From positions 1-25,178 of the forward strand of contig JBEPVV010000001.1 of NCBI GenBank assembly GCA_041690795.1: a stretch of 25,178 nt of DNA. The letters are read 5' to 3'. Positions within the stretch are counted from its first letter, which is position 1, and every line of letters starts with the position of its first letter. This DNA is from Gemmatimonadota bacterium (GTDB taxonomy: Bacteria > Gemmatimonadota > Gemmatimonadetes > Gemmatimonadales > GWC2-71-9). Below the pieces are notes generated by a model, which searched no databases, was not told the DNA's origin, and saw nothing but the letters and a program-made list of their open reading frames with translations. This document shows, in pieces, positions 7,363 to 16,169 of this stretch. The translations under genes and the position numbers were made by a program.

Positions 7363-8612
7363 AGCGCGATAACAATACCGGTCGCCTCGGCATCGGTTTC
7401 GTCGGGTCCGGGTTCAACACCCGCTTTCACATTCAGGGGTGGACCGGCGTACGCGACGCCGACGTCCTCGGCGTCTGGAGTCCCAACACGAAGAACGCAG
7501 CGAGTGCGGCTGCGTTGTCGAAGACGCTTGGCGTCGGCGACGCGAAGGCGTATCGATCGATTGCCGAGATGGTGAGCGACCCAGCGATCGATGCGATCTG
7601 GTTGTGCGGGCCGAATCAGGCGCGCGTCGAGAATGTTGAAGAGATCTGTGACGCGCTCCAGCGCGGCAAGGGGGAACTCCGGGGCATTGCCTGCGAGAAG
7701 CCGCTGGCGCGCGGTGTGGCCGAGGCGAAGCACGTGCTCAAGCTGGTGGAGCGCACCGGTATCATGCACGGATATCTGGAAAACCAGTTGTTTGCGCCGG
7801 GTGTCACTCGCGGTCGCGACCTGATCTGGGCCCGCGGTGCTGCGGCGACCGGTCGGCCGTACCTCGCCCGTGCAGCAGAGGAGCACTCGGGTCCGCACAA
7901 TGCCTGGTTCTGGCAGGGTGAGAAGCAGGGCGGTGGCGTCCTTAACGACATGATGTGTCATTCGGTCGAGGTGGTGCGCTTCCTGTTGACCGAGCCGGGC
8001 GCAGCGCGCTCGACCCTGCGTCCGGTTTCGGTGGCTGGACGGATCGCCTCATTGAAGTGGAGCAGGCCGGAGTATGCGAAGCAGTTGAAGGCGCGGTTCG
8101 GCAAGGAGGTTGACTACACGAAGCGGCCGTCGGAAGACTTCGCGTCGGTGACGATCACCTACGAAACGCCGGATGGTCTGCCCGCAATCGGCGAAGCGAC
8201 CACCTCATGGAGTTTCGTCGGGCCGGGGCTGCGCCTGTCAGCCGAATTGCTGGGGCCTGAATATTCGATGAACTGGAACTCGCTCAACTCGGAACTCGCC
8301 TGTTTTTTTTCCCGCGAGGTGAAGGGACACGCGGGCGAAGACCTGGTTGAAAAACAGAATGCCGAAATGGGACTGATGCCGGTGGTGCCCGACGAAGCGG
8401 CCACGTACGGTTACGTCAACGAGGATCGTCACTTCGTGCGCGCCTTCCTCGGCAAGGAGGCGGCGATGCTGACGTGGCACGACGGTCTCGAGGTGATGCA
8501 GATCCTGATGACGGCGTACATGAGCGCCGAACAGGGCAAGACGCTCGCGTTTCCGCCGCGCGGGCTGGATGGATTCCTCCCGGCGGTGGCGAGGGGCGCA
8601 TGGCAACCCTGA
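7359..8612 (+). CDS. Gfo/Idh/MocA family NAD(P)-dependent oxidoreductase
   Basis: Start placed at GTG 7359 (GTGA overlap). [10 protein letters not shown] Rossmann start, [18 protein letters not shown]. No export signal seen. Confidence 0.9.
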   Translation: MKRDNNTGRLGIGFVGSGFNTRFHIQGWTGVRDADVLGVWSPNTKNAASAAALSKTLGVGDAKAYRSIAEMVSDPAIDAIWLCGPNQARVENVEEICDALQRGKGELRGIACEKPLARGVAEAKHVLKLVERTGIMHGYLENQLFAPGVTRGRDLIWARGAAATGRPYLARAAEEHSGPHNAWFWQGEKQGGGVLNDMMCHSVEVVRFLLTEPGAARSTLRPVSVAGRIASLKWSRPEYAKQLKARFGKEVDYTKRPSEDFASVTITYETPDGLPAIGEATTSWSFVGPGLRLSAELLGPEYSMNWNSLNSELACFFSREVKGHAGEDLVEKQNAEMGLMPVVPDEAATYGYVNEDRHFVRAFLGKEAAMLTWHDGLEVMQILMTAYMSAEQGKTLAFPPRGLDGFLPAVARGAWQP

Positions 8613-8965
8613 AGCATCGCGGGCAGGAAATTCCCCACGAACTGACGACGACGGCGTTCGAGATTCCGGGTTGCCATGTGGTGCAGTCGCTGGGACTGGT
8701 GCGCGGGATCGTGGTGCGATCGCGCTCGGTCTTCGGCCGGGTCGGCGCCGGGATCCAGATGCTGTTCGGCGGCAACATCACCCTCTATACCTCGATGTGC
8801 GAGCAGGCGCGCGAGAACGCGTTCGAGATCATGCTCGCGCACGCGCAGAACGTCGGCGCCAACGCGGTGATCGGCGTGCGGTACGATGCGACCGAGATCA
8901 TGGCTGGCGTCTCGGAAGTGCTCTGTTACGGCACGGCAGTGATCGCCGAAGAGACAGTGGGGTAG
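8600..8965 (+). CDS. YbjQ/UPF0145 family protein
   Basis: Start placed at ATG 8600 (13-nt overlap). [12 protein letters not shown]...[19 protein letters not shown]...[11 protein letters not shown]...EVLCYGTAV. Confidence 0.88.
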   Translation: MATLKHRGQEIPHELTTTAFEIPGCHVVQSLGLVRGIVVRSRSVFGRVGAGIQMLFGGNITLYTSMCEQARENAFEIMLAHAQNVGANAVIGVRYDATEIMAGVSEVLCYGTAVIAEETVG

Positions 8966-8973
8966 GAGCGAGG

Positions 8974-9014
8974 CGAGAGACGAGAGGCGAGAGGCGAGAG
9001 GCGAGAGGCGAGAG
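8974..9014. repeat. Heptamer tandem repeat (CGAGAGG)x~6 between convergent genes
   Basis: CGAGAGA, then CGAGAGG x4, then CGAGAG, read directly; a degenerate CGAGG precedes it. Confidence 0.9.
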
Positions 9015-9015
9015 C

Positions 9016-9750
9016 TTAACTGATTGCGCGCTTGACCGCCGAGATCCTTTCGACATCGGTCACCTGGCGCGCGAGTTCGTCTGCGGGCAAGGCGCTCCGG
9101 AAACGAATATCGTGCGCGCGTCCGACGTCATGTTGCAGCATCGCGCCGCGCAGGTGCACTTCGGTCACGCCGGTGACGCCAACTAGTTCGACCGCGTTGG
9201 CGGCATTCACGCCGCTGCCGGCCATGATGATGATCCGCCCGGCCGCGGCGCGCACCAGGTCCCCGATCAACATGCGTCCCTCCCAGGCCGTCTGACGCTG
9301 GCCCGACGTCAGCAGCCGGTCGATGCCCAGCCGGATCAACGTGTCGAGTGCGGCGAACGGGTCACGGCAGACATCGAAGGCACGGTGGAACGTCAGCTGC
9401 ATATCGCGCGCGTCGCCGCGCAGCGCGGCGATGGTTGCCTCATCGACATCGCCATCCGCCGTCAGCGCTCCGACGACGGCGCCCTTTGCATTCATCGCCT
9501 GGAACAGTTGCAGGTCCGCTCGCATCACCGCGACATCGGTGGCGTCATAGACGAACCCGCCGCCGCGAGGCCGGACCATTGGGAAGACCGGGACGCCGGC
9601 CTGCTCGAGGGCGAGCACGAACACGCCGTGACTCGGCGTGGTGCCGGCATCGGCGAGGTTGTCGCAGAGTTCGAGGCGATCGGCACCGCCGCGCGTGGCC
9701 GCAAGCGCTGAGGCGAGGGAGTCGACGCAGGCTTCGATCAGCACCGGCAC
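9016..9750 (-). CDS. cutC: CutC family TIM-barrel protein (so-called copper homeostasis protein)
   Basis: Start placed at GTG 9750 (alternative 9744), just after the MFS stop. LIEACVDS, GGADRLELCDNLADAGTTPS, PMVRPRGGGFVY, TFHRAFD, RLLTSGQ, IMAGSGV, EVH. Confidence 0.92.
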   Translation of the reverse strand: MPVLIEACVDSLASALAATRGGADRLELCDNLADAGTTPSHGVFVLALEQAGVPVFPMVRPRGGGFVYDATDVAVMRADLQLFQAMNAKGAVVGALTADGDVDEATIAALRGDARDMQLTFHRAFDVCRDPFAALDTLIRLGIDRLLTSGQRQTAWEGRMLIGDLVRAAAGRIIIMAGSGVNAANAVELVGVTGVTEVHLRGAMLQHDVGRAHDIRFRSALPADELARQVTDVERISAVKRAIS

Positions 9751-9758
9751 GGCCCGCG

Positions 9759-10958
9759 CTACGCTGCTCCCGCCACCGATCGTGGTGGTCGGAAAAGCAC
9801 CGCAAAGATCACGAAGATCACCGCCGCGCCCACGGCAGGGACCATCCAGATCGCCGGCCAATTGTGGATCGTGGGGCTGCTGGCGTAGCCGTTGACCACC
9901 GCGCCAGACACCAGCGCACCGATGAAGTAGCCCACGCCATTGGTGAGAAAGTTGAGGAACCCCTGCGCTGCACCGCGGATTCGCGGCCCGGCCTTTTCGT
10001 CGGTGTAGATCTGTCCCGCGACGAAGAAGAAGTCGTAGCACATGCCGTGCAGCACGATGCCGACCCAGACCAGCCACATCATCGACGTGGAATTACCGTG
10101 CGCAAAGGCGAAGTAGCGCAGCGCCCACGCCGCCATGCCGCCCAGCATGATGCCCTTGATGCCGAAGCGCCGAAGCAGGAAGGGCAGCGTCAAGAGGAAA
10201 GCGAGTTCCGACCACTGGCCGAACGTCTGGATGAAGGCCGCGTCCTTGACGCCGATCTCGTTCAGGAAGGGATTGGCGAAGGTGTAGTAGAACTGCAGCG
10301 GGATACAGAGCAGGAACGATCCCAGGCAGAAGATCAGGAACGAGCGGTCCTTGAGCAGCGACAGGGCATCGAGGCCAAGTGCATCCCGTACGCTGAACGG
10401 CGTTCCCGCGGCGCGGGGTGGCGTGTGCGGCAGCAGCAGGCAGTACGCCGCCATCACGATCGATGCCCCAGCGGCCAGCCGCATCGGAAGCGCCAGCGCG
10501 TCGGCATGCAGCACCTTGCCCACCACCGTGCCAGCCACGATCCAGCCGATCGTTCCCAGCACCCGGATCATCGGGAACGCCCGCGCGGGATCGTCGACGT
10601 GATGGAACGCCACTGAATTGGTGAGCGACAGCGTCGGCATGAAGCAGAGGGCGTAGAGAATCAGTAGCGGATAGAAGGTGCCGAACGTGGTCTGGGTGGA
10701 CAGGAACCACATGATGATGCCGCCGGCCAGGTGGAGAACGGCCAGCAACCGCTCCGATGCGAAGAACCGATCGGCCACCATGCCGATGAAAAACGGACTC
10801 ACCAGCGCCGCGATGGCCGTGGCGCCATAGGCCAGCCCGACCTGGCCGCCGCTGAACTGCCGCGTCTGCGAGAGATAGGTCCCCATGGTGACGAACCAGC
10901 TTCCCCAGATGAAATACTCCAGGAACATCATCGCCTGCAGTCGCGGCCGCGTGCTCAT
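9759..10958 (-). CDS. MFS transporter, NupG/nucleoside:H+ symporter-like
   Basis: Start placed at ATG 10958 (ATGA overlap). [47 protein letters not shown]; about 12 hydrophobic segments. Confidence 0.9.
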   Translation of the reverse strand: MSTRPRLQAMMFLEYFIWGSWFVTMGTYLSQTRQFSGGQVGLAYGATAIAALVSPFFIGMVADRFFASERLLAVLHLAGGIIMWFLSTQTTFGTFYPLLILYALCFMPTLSLTNSVAFHHVDDPARAFPMIRVLGTIGWIVAGTVVGKVLHADALALPMRLAAGASIVMAAYCLLLPHTPPRAAGTPFSVRDALGLDALSLLKDRSFLIFCLGSFLLCIPLQFYYTFANPFLNEIGVKDAAFIQTFGQWSELAFLLTLPFLLRRFGIKGIMLGGMAAWALRYFAFAHGNSTSMMWLVWVGIVLHGMCYDFFFVAGQIYTDEKAGPRIRGAAQGFLNFLTNGVGYFIGALVSGAVVNGYASSPTIHNWPAIWMVPAVGAAVIFVIFAVLFRPPRSVAGAA

Positions 10959-11677
10959 GAGAGGTCCTTGATACGGATGGCGCGGAACCAGACCTTGCCG
11001 CCGTGCGACTGCAGACCCACGTGTCCGCGGCGCGACTTCCCGAACGTGAGCCACTGCTTGAACTTGCTGGCCGCAATCTTGTCCTTCACGATCTTCGAAG
11101 CGAAGTCGACGTCGACGGTACGGATACCGTTGAGGAAGTACTGGACCCGCGACCCGTGCACGACGATGCGCACCTCATTCCACTCACCGACCGCCTTCGG
11201 CGCGTTGATCGGCGCGGGATAGAGCGCGTAAAGTGATCCGGCCGCCGTCATCGGCGACTTGCCGTCGGGGTGCCCACCGTTATCGAGAACCTGCATCTCG
11301 GGGGAGTTTTCGTAGATCTCGCCGGTGCCTTCGTTCGCCCAGATGAAGATGCCGCTGTTAGCGCCCGGAGCCACCTTCCACTCGAGGTCGAGCTCGAAGG
11401 ATGAATACTGCTGATCGCTGACGAGATCGCGTCCATCACCGGGGGTGTAGATCGCGCTGTCGTTCACGCTCCATCCAGTGGTGACTCCAGGCGACTGCTG
11501 ATAGGCGTGCCATCCGGTGAGGGTGCGGCCATCGAACAACGTCATCCAGCCGCCTCGCCGGATCGAATCACGCGGCATCATCCCGTCGTTTCGCGGGCGC
11601 TGCGAATAGCCACCGCAGCCGAGCGTCAACACGCAGAGAGCGGACGTCACGAGCGGAATGAACGCACGTCGATTCAT
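10955..11677 (-). CDS. DUF1080 (3-keto-disaccharide hydrolase/lyase) domain lipoprotein
   Basis: 240 aa. Lipobox [71 protein letters not shown]. Confidence 0.9.
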   Translation of the reverse strand: MNRRAFIPLVTSALCVLTLGCGGYSQRPRNDGMMPRDSIRRGGWMTLFDGRTLTGWHAYQQSPGVTTGWSVNDSAIYTPGDGRDLVSDQQYSSFELDLEWKVAPGANSGIFIWANEGTGEIYENSPEMQVLDNGGHPDGKSPMTAAGSLYALYPAPINAPKAVGEWNEVRIVVHGSRVQYFLNGIRTVDVDFASKIVKDKIAASKFKQWLTFGKSRRGHVGLQSHGGKVWFRAIRIKDLS

Positions 11678-11722
11678 GGAGATTCCTCACAGCGATGGAG
11701 AAGGCATCGGGAATGCCGAAGG

Positions 11723-13759
11723 TTATGGCGTTCGCCGGGACGGCGGAAGGGCCGACACCGCGTCGACCAGGACCCTCACGGCGTCGATGCTGGTGGGTCG
11801 CAGCGTCCACCGCCCGATCCGGGCCGACGCCACGCTGGCGAGCACGGCGTCGCTGCCCGCGCGCCATCCAGAGTCAGCTGTCGCCTTCTGCTGTGTGCGC
11901 TCCAGAGATTCAAGACCGACGCGCGCCAGCTCCTTGAGCGCCGCCGCGACCTCGGCCGCCTGCTGGGCGGCGGGAACCCGGTCGCGGATCGCCGCGAGTC
12001 GTCCGTCGAGCCCACGCATCTCGGTGAAGGCCCGCTGCAACGCCGCGATCGCAGTCGTGTCGCCGGCGACGGCGGCGCGAGCGACGCCGGCCATGTTCCA
12101 GCTTGCACGCGGGTCGGCAACCGCCGCGTCAATCAGCCCCGAATGCGGCCACATCTGCGTGTCGCCGCTGCCGCCGAAGTCGCGCGGGCGGACGAATCGA
12201 AGCAGTGATTCGAAGACGTCGATCGAGTCTCCCGCCAAGGGACGGACCATCCGACGTGAGTGATCAAGGTGAGTGATTCCGAGTTCGCCAAGCCGGGTCG
12301 ATGTCGGGTCGAGTCGGCGGTACATGTCGGTCACGTCGTTCACCGACGCCGGCGACCAGAAACGCTCGGCGATCACCGCCAGCCGCGGCCAGATGCGCGA
12401 GTCGATGGTTTCCGGTGTCACGTATTCGCTCCACATGCATGCTTCGCCGCCGAGCACGAGCTGCTGCTGCTCCGGCGTCAGGTCGGTGTTGGCCGGGAGG
12501 GGATCGGGCAGGTAGAAGTCGGATGCGGGCTTCTGATGATCGATGTAGTACGGCGCCGACAGGATGCCGCGAAAACCGGCCTTGGCCGACATGGCGAGGA
12601 CGTTCGAGCCGGTCCATGACTGGATGACCGCGGTCGTCGGCAACCCGGGCTGGAAGATTTCGTTCCAGCCCACGGGAATCCGGTCGTGCTTCTGGACAAT
12701 GGCGAAGAGCCGACGGTTGAACTCCGTGTGCAGAGCTGCTTCGGTCGCGATGTGGTGCGCCTTCATCCACGCCTGGATTTCGGCGCGCTGCTTCCACTGG
12801 GTCGGATCGACTTCATCGCCGCCGATGTGCCAGTACTGGTCGGGAAAGAGACCGCTGATCTCACCGATGAAGCGGTCGAGAAACTTGTACGTCGATTCGC
12901 GGGTTGGGTCCATCGTCGGCGCAAACGTGCCCCACCGTCTCGCGATCGCGAACGGGCCCTGGCCAATGGTCAATTCCGGGTATCCCACGAACCAGGCGCT
13001 CGAATGTCCCGGCACATCGAATTCGGGCATCACCCGGATGCCGCGGTCGGCGGCATAGGCGACGATCTCGCGAATCTCGCTCTGGGTGTAGAAGAACGAA
13101 TCGGAGCCGAACTCCTGCAGACGGGGAAAGACGCGGCTTTCGACGCGAAACCCCTGGTCGTCCGACAGGTGCCAGTGAAATACGTTGAGCTTGACCATCG
13201 CCATGCCGTCGAGCGTGCGCTCGATCACGCTCACCGGTTCGAAGTGCCGCGAGACATCGAGCAGCAGTCCGCGCCAGCGGAACCTCGGGGCATCGTGAAT
13301 GCTCGCGCCCTGGAGGTAGAGCCCCTGCTGATCGGCGTCCTGTAGCTGCAGCAGCGTTTCGAGTCCGCGAATCACTCCCACGACGCTCGGTGCCTTGAGG
13401 ACTCCCTGCCTGGGTGACACGTTGAGCTGATACGACTCATCGTCGTCGAGGCCGGGGATTGCCGGCCCGGCACTCGCTGCGTCGATCACGAGCGTGGCGG
13501 TGCGTCCGGTCGCGTAGGTTCGCGACACCGGGACGCCGATCCGCCGCTCCAGTCGAACGATGGTTCGGGTGATGGCGCGCTCGAGCCGGGGGGTGCGTAC
13601 CCCGGCAATGGCGATCGTGAAGCCGCTGTCGAGGCGCAGCCGGTCGTTCGATAGCGTGACCGCCGCAGGAACCGGCATCAGCGTATGAGTCATCGAGGCC
13701 TGGGCAGTGACCGCGCAGGGGGAGAGGCAGGTGATCACCAGCGCGGAGATGGCGCGCAT
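11723..13759 (-). CDS. Beta-N-acetylhexosaminidase, glycoside hydrolase family 20, secreted
   Basis: Start placed at ATG 13759 (signal peptide MRAISALVITCLSPCAVTAQA). PRFRWRGLLLDVSRHF, HWHLSDDQG, MPEFDVPGH, HIGGDEV (catalytic DE pair), GGEACMWSE, IWPRL. Confidence 0.93.
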   Translation of the reverse strand: MRAISALVITCLSPCAVTAQASMTHTLMPVPAAVTLSNDRLRLDSGFTIAIAGVRTPRLERAITRTIVRLERRIGVPVSRTYATGRTATLVIDAASAGPAIPGLDDDESYQLNVSPRQGVLKAPSVVGVIRGLETLLQLQDADQQGLYLQGASIHDAPRFRWRGLLLDVSRHFEPVSVIERTLDGMAMVKLNVFHWHLSDDQGFRVESRVFPRLQEFGSDSFFYTQSEIREIVAYAADRGIRVMPEFDVPGHSSAWFVGYPELTIGQGPFAIARRWGTFAPTMDPTRESTYKFLDRFIGEISGLFPDQYWHIGGDEVDPTQWKQRAEIQAWMKAHHIATEAALHTEFNRRLFAIVQKHDRIPVGWNEIFQPGLPTTAVIQSWTGSNVLAMSAKAGFRGILSAPYYIDHQKPASDFYLPDPLPANTDLTPEQQQLVLGGEACMWSEYVTPETIDSRIWPRLAVIAERFWSPASVNDVTDMYRRLDPTSTRLGELGITHLDHSRRMVRPLAGDSIDVFESLLRFVRPRDFGGSGDTQMWPHSGLIDAAVADPRASWNMAGVARAAVAGDTTAIAALQRAFTEMRGLDGRLAAIRDRVPAAQQAAEVAAALKELARVGLESLERTQQKATADSGWRAGSDAVLASVASARIGRWTLRPTSIDAVRVLVDAVSALPPSRRTP

Positions 13760-13818
13760 CGTCTTCCGATGGGAGAGGAAGGCGAAAGATGGCCGATGGC
13801 GCGGCGTTCGGTAAGGCA

Positions 13819-13824
13819 TATAAT
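13819..13824 (+). promoter_or_regulatory. Consensus -10 hexamer TATAAT 5 nt upstream of the MOSC ATG (candidate leaderless promoter)
   Basis: TATAAT-TGGCA-ATG with no Shine-Dalgarno in between; no recognisable -35. Confidence 0.5.
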
Positions 13825-13829
13825 TGGCA

Positions 13830-14630
13830 ATGCAGATCACCGCCCTCAACATCTATCCGATCAAGGGATGTCGCGGTATCCCGCTGCGGGAAGTCGCCGT
13901 CGACCGAATCGGCCTCGTCGGCGACCGTCGCCTGATGCTCGTCAGTCACGACAACCGCTTCCTCAGCCAGCGCGAAGCCCCGGCGCTGGCGACACTCGAA
14001 CCCGCGCTTGATGCCGAACGGATACGTGTCCGTGCTCCTGATCGCGAACTGCTCGACCTGACGATCGATCCAGCCGGCGCGCCCCGGGAGGTCTGGGTCT
14101 GGTGGGACCACGGCATCATGGCCACCGATCAAGGTGACCGTGCGGCGCAGTGGTTCTCCGATGCGCTCGGCATCAACTGCCGGCTGGTGCATTTCGGCGC
14201 AGCGGCCCGCAACCGCGTTGATCCCGCATACTCGATTCGCACCGCGGCAGACACGGCGTTCACCGATGGATATCCGATCATGGCCGTGTTGCAGGAGTCG
14301 CTCGACGATCTCAATACGCGACTGAAGGAACCCGTGCCAATGGCACGTTTCCGGCCCAGCGTAGTCGTCGCCGGTGACGCTGCGTGGACTGAGGACGAGT
14401 GGCGGGGATTGCAATTGGGTGATCTGGCGTGCGATGCTGTCAAGCCGTGCGGCCGGTGTGTGGTGACGACCACAGATCAGCTCACCGGCGCGCGCAACGC
14501 GGCGCAGGAGCCGCTCCGGACACTGGCGACCTTCCGCACGATTCCGCGGCTTGGGGCCATCTTCGGCCAGAACATCGTGCCACGCGAAATCGGGCGCCTG
14601 CAGGTTGGCGACGCGGTCCGCCGCACGTGA
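13830..14630 (+). CDS. MOSC domain molybdenum-cofactor protein (YcbX/mARC-like, with MOSC_N)
   Basis: Start placed at ATG 13830. ITALNIYPIKGCRG, GDRRLMLV, FTDGYPI, MARFRPSVVV, VKPCGRCVVTTTDQ. Confidence 0.92.
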   Translation: MQITALNIYPIKGCRGIPLREVAVDRIGLVGDRRLMLVSHDNRFLSQREAPALATLEPALDAERIRVRAPDRELLDLTIDPAGAPREVWVWWDHGIMATDQGDRAAQWFSDALGINCRLVHFGAAARNRVDPAYSIRTAADTAFTDGYPIMAVLQESLDDLNTRLKEPVPMARFRPSVVVAGDAAWTEDEWRGLQLGDLACDAVKPCGRCVVTTTDQLTGARNAAQEPLRTLATFRTIPRLGAIFGQNIVPREIGRLQVGDAVRRT

Positions 14631-15802
14631 CCGAACGGCTCTACTACCGCGACGCGCAAGTGCTGACGTTCGACGCGAACGTCATTGCCTGCGCCGGCGA
14701 TGCGACGCACATCCTGCTCGACCGGTCCGCGTTCTATCCCACATCTGGTGGTCAGCCGCACGACACGGGACGCCTCGGCGGCGTTCGCGTGATCAATGTG
14801 ATCGACACCGATGCGGGCGTCGTGCATGTAGTGGAGATGCCGGTGCCGCTTGGCCCGGTGCACGGCGAAGTCGACCGGGCGCGCCGCGAGGACCTTACGA
14901 TCCAGCATTCGGGTCAGCACCTGCTATCAGCGCTGGCCGCTGACCGTTTTGGCTGGGAAACGACGAGCGTGCATTTCGGTGACGAGGCGTCGACCATCGA
15001 GTTTGCGGTGGCGTCGACCCCGCCGGAGCGACTCACCGAGCTTGAGGACGCGGCGAATGCGGCGATCGGCAGCGCGCTGGAACTCAGCGTTTCCTTTGAA
15101 GAAGCTGCGGCGGCAACCCGCGCCGGGCTTCGCAAGCCAACCGATCGTTCCGGATTGGTTCGTGTGGTCACCATCGACGGCGTGGATCGCAGTGCCTGCG
15201 GCGGAACGCACGTGCGCCGGACCAGCGAACTCGGAATGATCATGGTCGGCGGGACGGAGCGGATCCGCGGCAATGTGCGGCTGAACTTCATCGCCGGCGC
15301 ACGAATCCTGCGCCGGCTGCGGAGCGTGCAGGAAACGCTCGACACGCTGGCAGCAGCAGCCGTCTGTGCGCCGGACGGTCTCACCGCGCTGATACCAGCG
15401 CGGCTGGCCGAGCTGAAGGATTTGCGCGCGAGGATGGCGGACGCCGAAGAACAACTTGCCCTGATGCGCCTGCGTGAATTGCAGTCACTGTCGGCGGCGG
15501 ACGCTGACGGCCTGCATCGTGTTGTCCATCGCGCCAGCAGTGAGTCCGCAGCGATGCTGCGCCAGATGGCGCAGGCCGTGTCGTCGATGCGGCGACTGCT
15601 CTTCATCACGCTCGATGAGAACGCGCGCACCGTTTACGTGGGGGCCAGCGCTGACACCGGGATCGACGCCGGTGCCCGGCTCAAGGCGGCGCTCGCCGCC
15701 GTCGGGGGTCGTGGCGGCGGCTCACCGCGACTCGCTCAGGGGACCGTTCCGACGAACGAGGCGCTTGAGGCACTTGTGGTTGCGCTTTCCCCGCCGGGGT
15801 GA
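14627..15802 (+). CDS. Free-standing alanyl-tRNA editing protein (AlaX/AlaXp-like) with C-terminal DHHA1/C-Ala domain
   Basis: Start placed at GTG 14627 (GTGA overlap). TERLYYRD, SAFYPTSGGQPHDTG, Zn motifs HSGQH and CGGTH, C-terminal GGRGGGSPRLAQG. At 391 aa it lacks an aminoacylation domain. Confidence 0.9.
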   Translation: MTERLYYRDAQVLTFDANVIACAGDATHILLDRSAFYPTSGGQPHDTGRLGGVRVINVIDTDAGVVHVVEMPVPLGPVHGEVDRARREDLTIQHSGQHLLSALAADRFGWETTSVHFGDEASTIEFAVASTPPERLTELEDAANAAIGSALELSVSFEEAAAATRAGLRKPTDRSGLVRVVTIDGVDRSACGGTHVRRTSELGMIMVGGTERIRGNVRLNFIAGARILRRLRSVQETLDTLAAAAVCAPDGLTALIPARLAELKDLRARMADAEEQLALMRLRELQSLSAADADGLHRVVHRASSESAAMLRQMAQAVSSMRRLLFITLDENARTVYVGASADTGIDAGARLKAALAAVGGRGGGSPRLAQGTVPTNEALEALVVALSPPG

Positions 15803-15869
15803 CCGGCGACATCCTCGTTCGGACGATTCCCATCGCGTTACCTTCCGGCATGATCATTCAGGGGCACGC

Positions 15870-16169
15870 GTGATCCGCTACGAGGTCACGCTCGAGTGTT
15901 CGGAGTCGACCGCACCCGCGCTTGAGCGCTGGATGCGGAACACGCACATCCCCGACATGCTGGCCACCGGGTGTTTTGTCGCGGTACACTTCGACACCAA
16001 TGACGGCCGCTTCCGCACGGTGTACCAGGCATCCGCCCGACCGCACCTCGATCGCTATCTCGACGAACACGCCGAGCGGCTGCGCGCCCAGTTCCGGGCA
16101 CAATTCCCCGATGGCGTCGCCGTGTCGCGCGACGTCTGGGAACAACTGCAGAGCTGGGCGCCGATGTGA
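15870..16169 (+). CDS. DUF4286 family protein (dimeric alpha/beta barrel-like)
   Basis: Start placed at GTG 15870. YEVTLE...WMRNTHIPDMLATGCF...YQA...LDRYLDEHAERLR. Confidence 0.8.
   Translation: MIRYEVTLECSESTAPALERWMRNTHIPDMLATGCFVAVHFDTNDGRFRTVYQASARPHLDRYLDEHAERLRAQFRAQFPDGVAVSRDVWEQLQSWAPM

Noticed and set aside
8969-9015. CRISPR array or IS end
   Set aside because: Simple 7-bp tandem units without spacers; no cas or transposase gene.
9348-10616. 422-aa plus-strand ORF antisense to cutC/MFS
   Set aside because: Arg-rich shadow ORF typical of high-GC DNA; no motifs.
11704-11718. Small hairpin GGCAT-CGGGA-ATGCC between GH20 and DUF1080
   Set aside because: A 5-bp stem without a U-tract is expected by chance at this GC content.
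14627-15802. Truncated or pseudogenised alanyl-tRNA synthetase
   Set aside because: It is an intact ORF with the normal free-standing editing + C-Ala architecture and complete Zn motifs.
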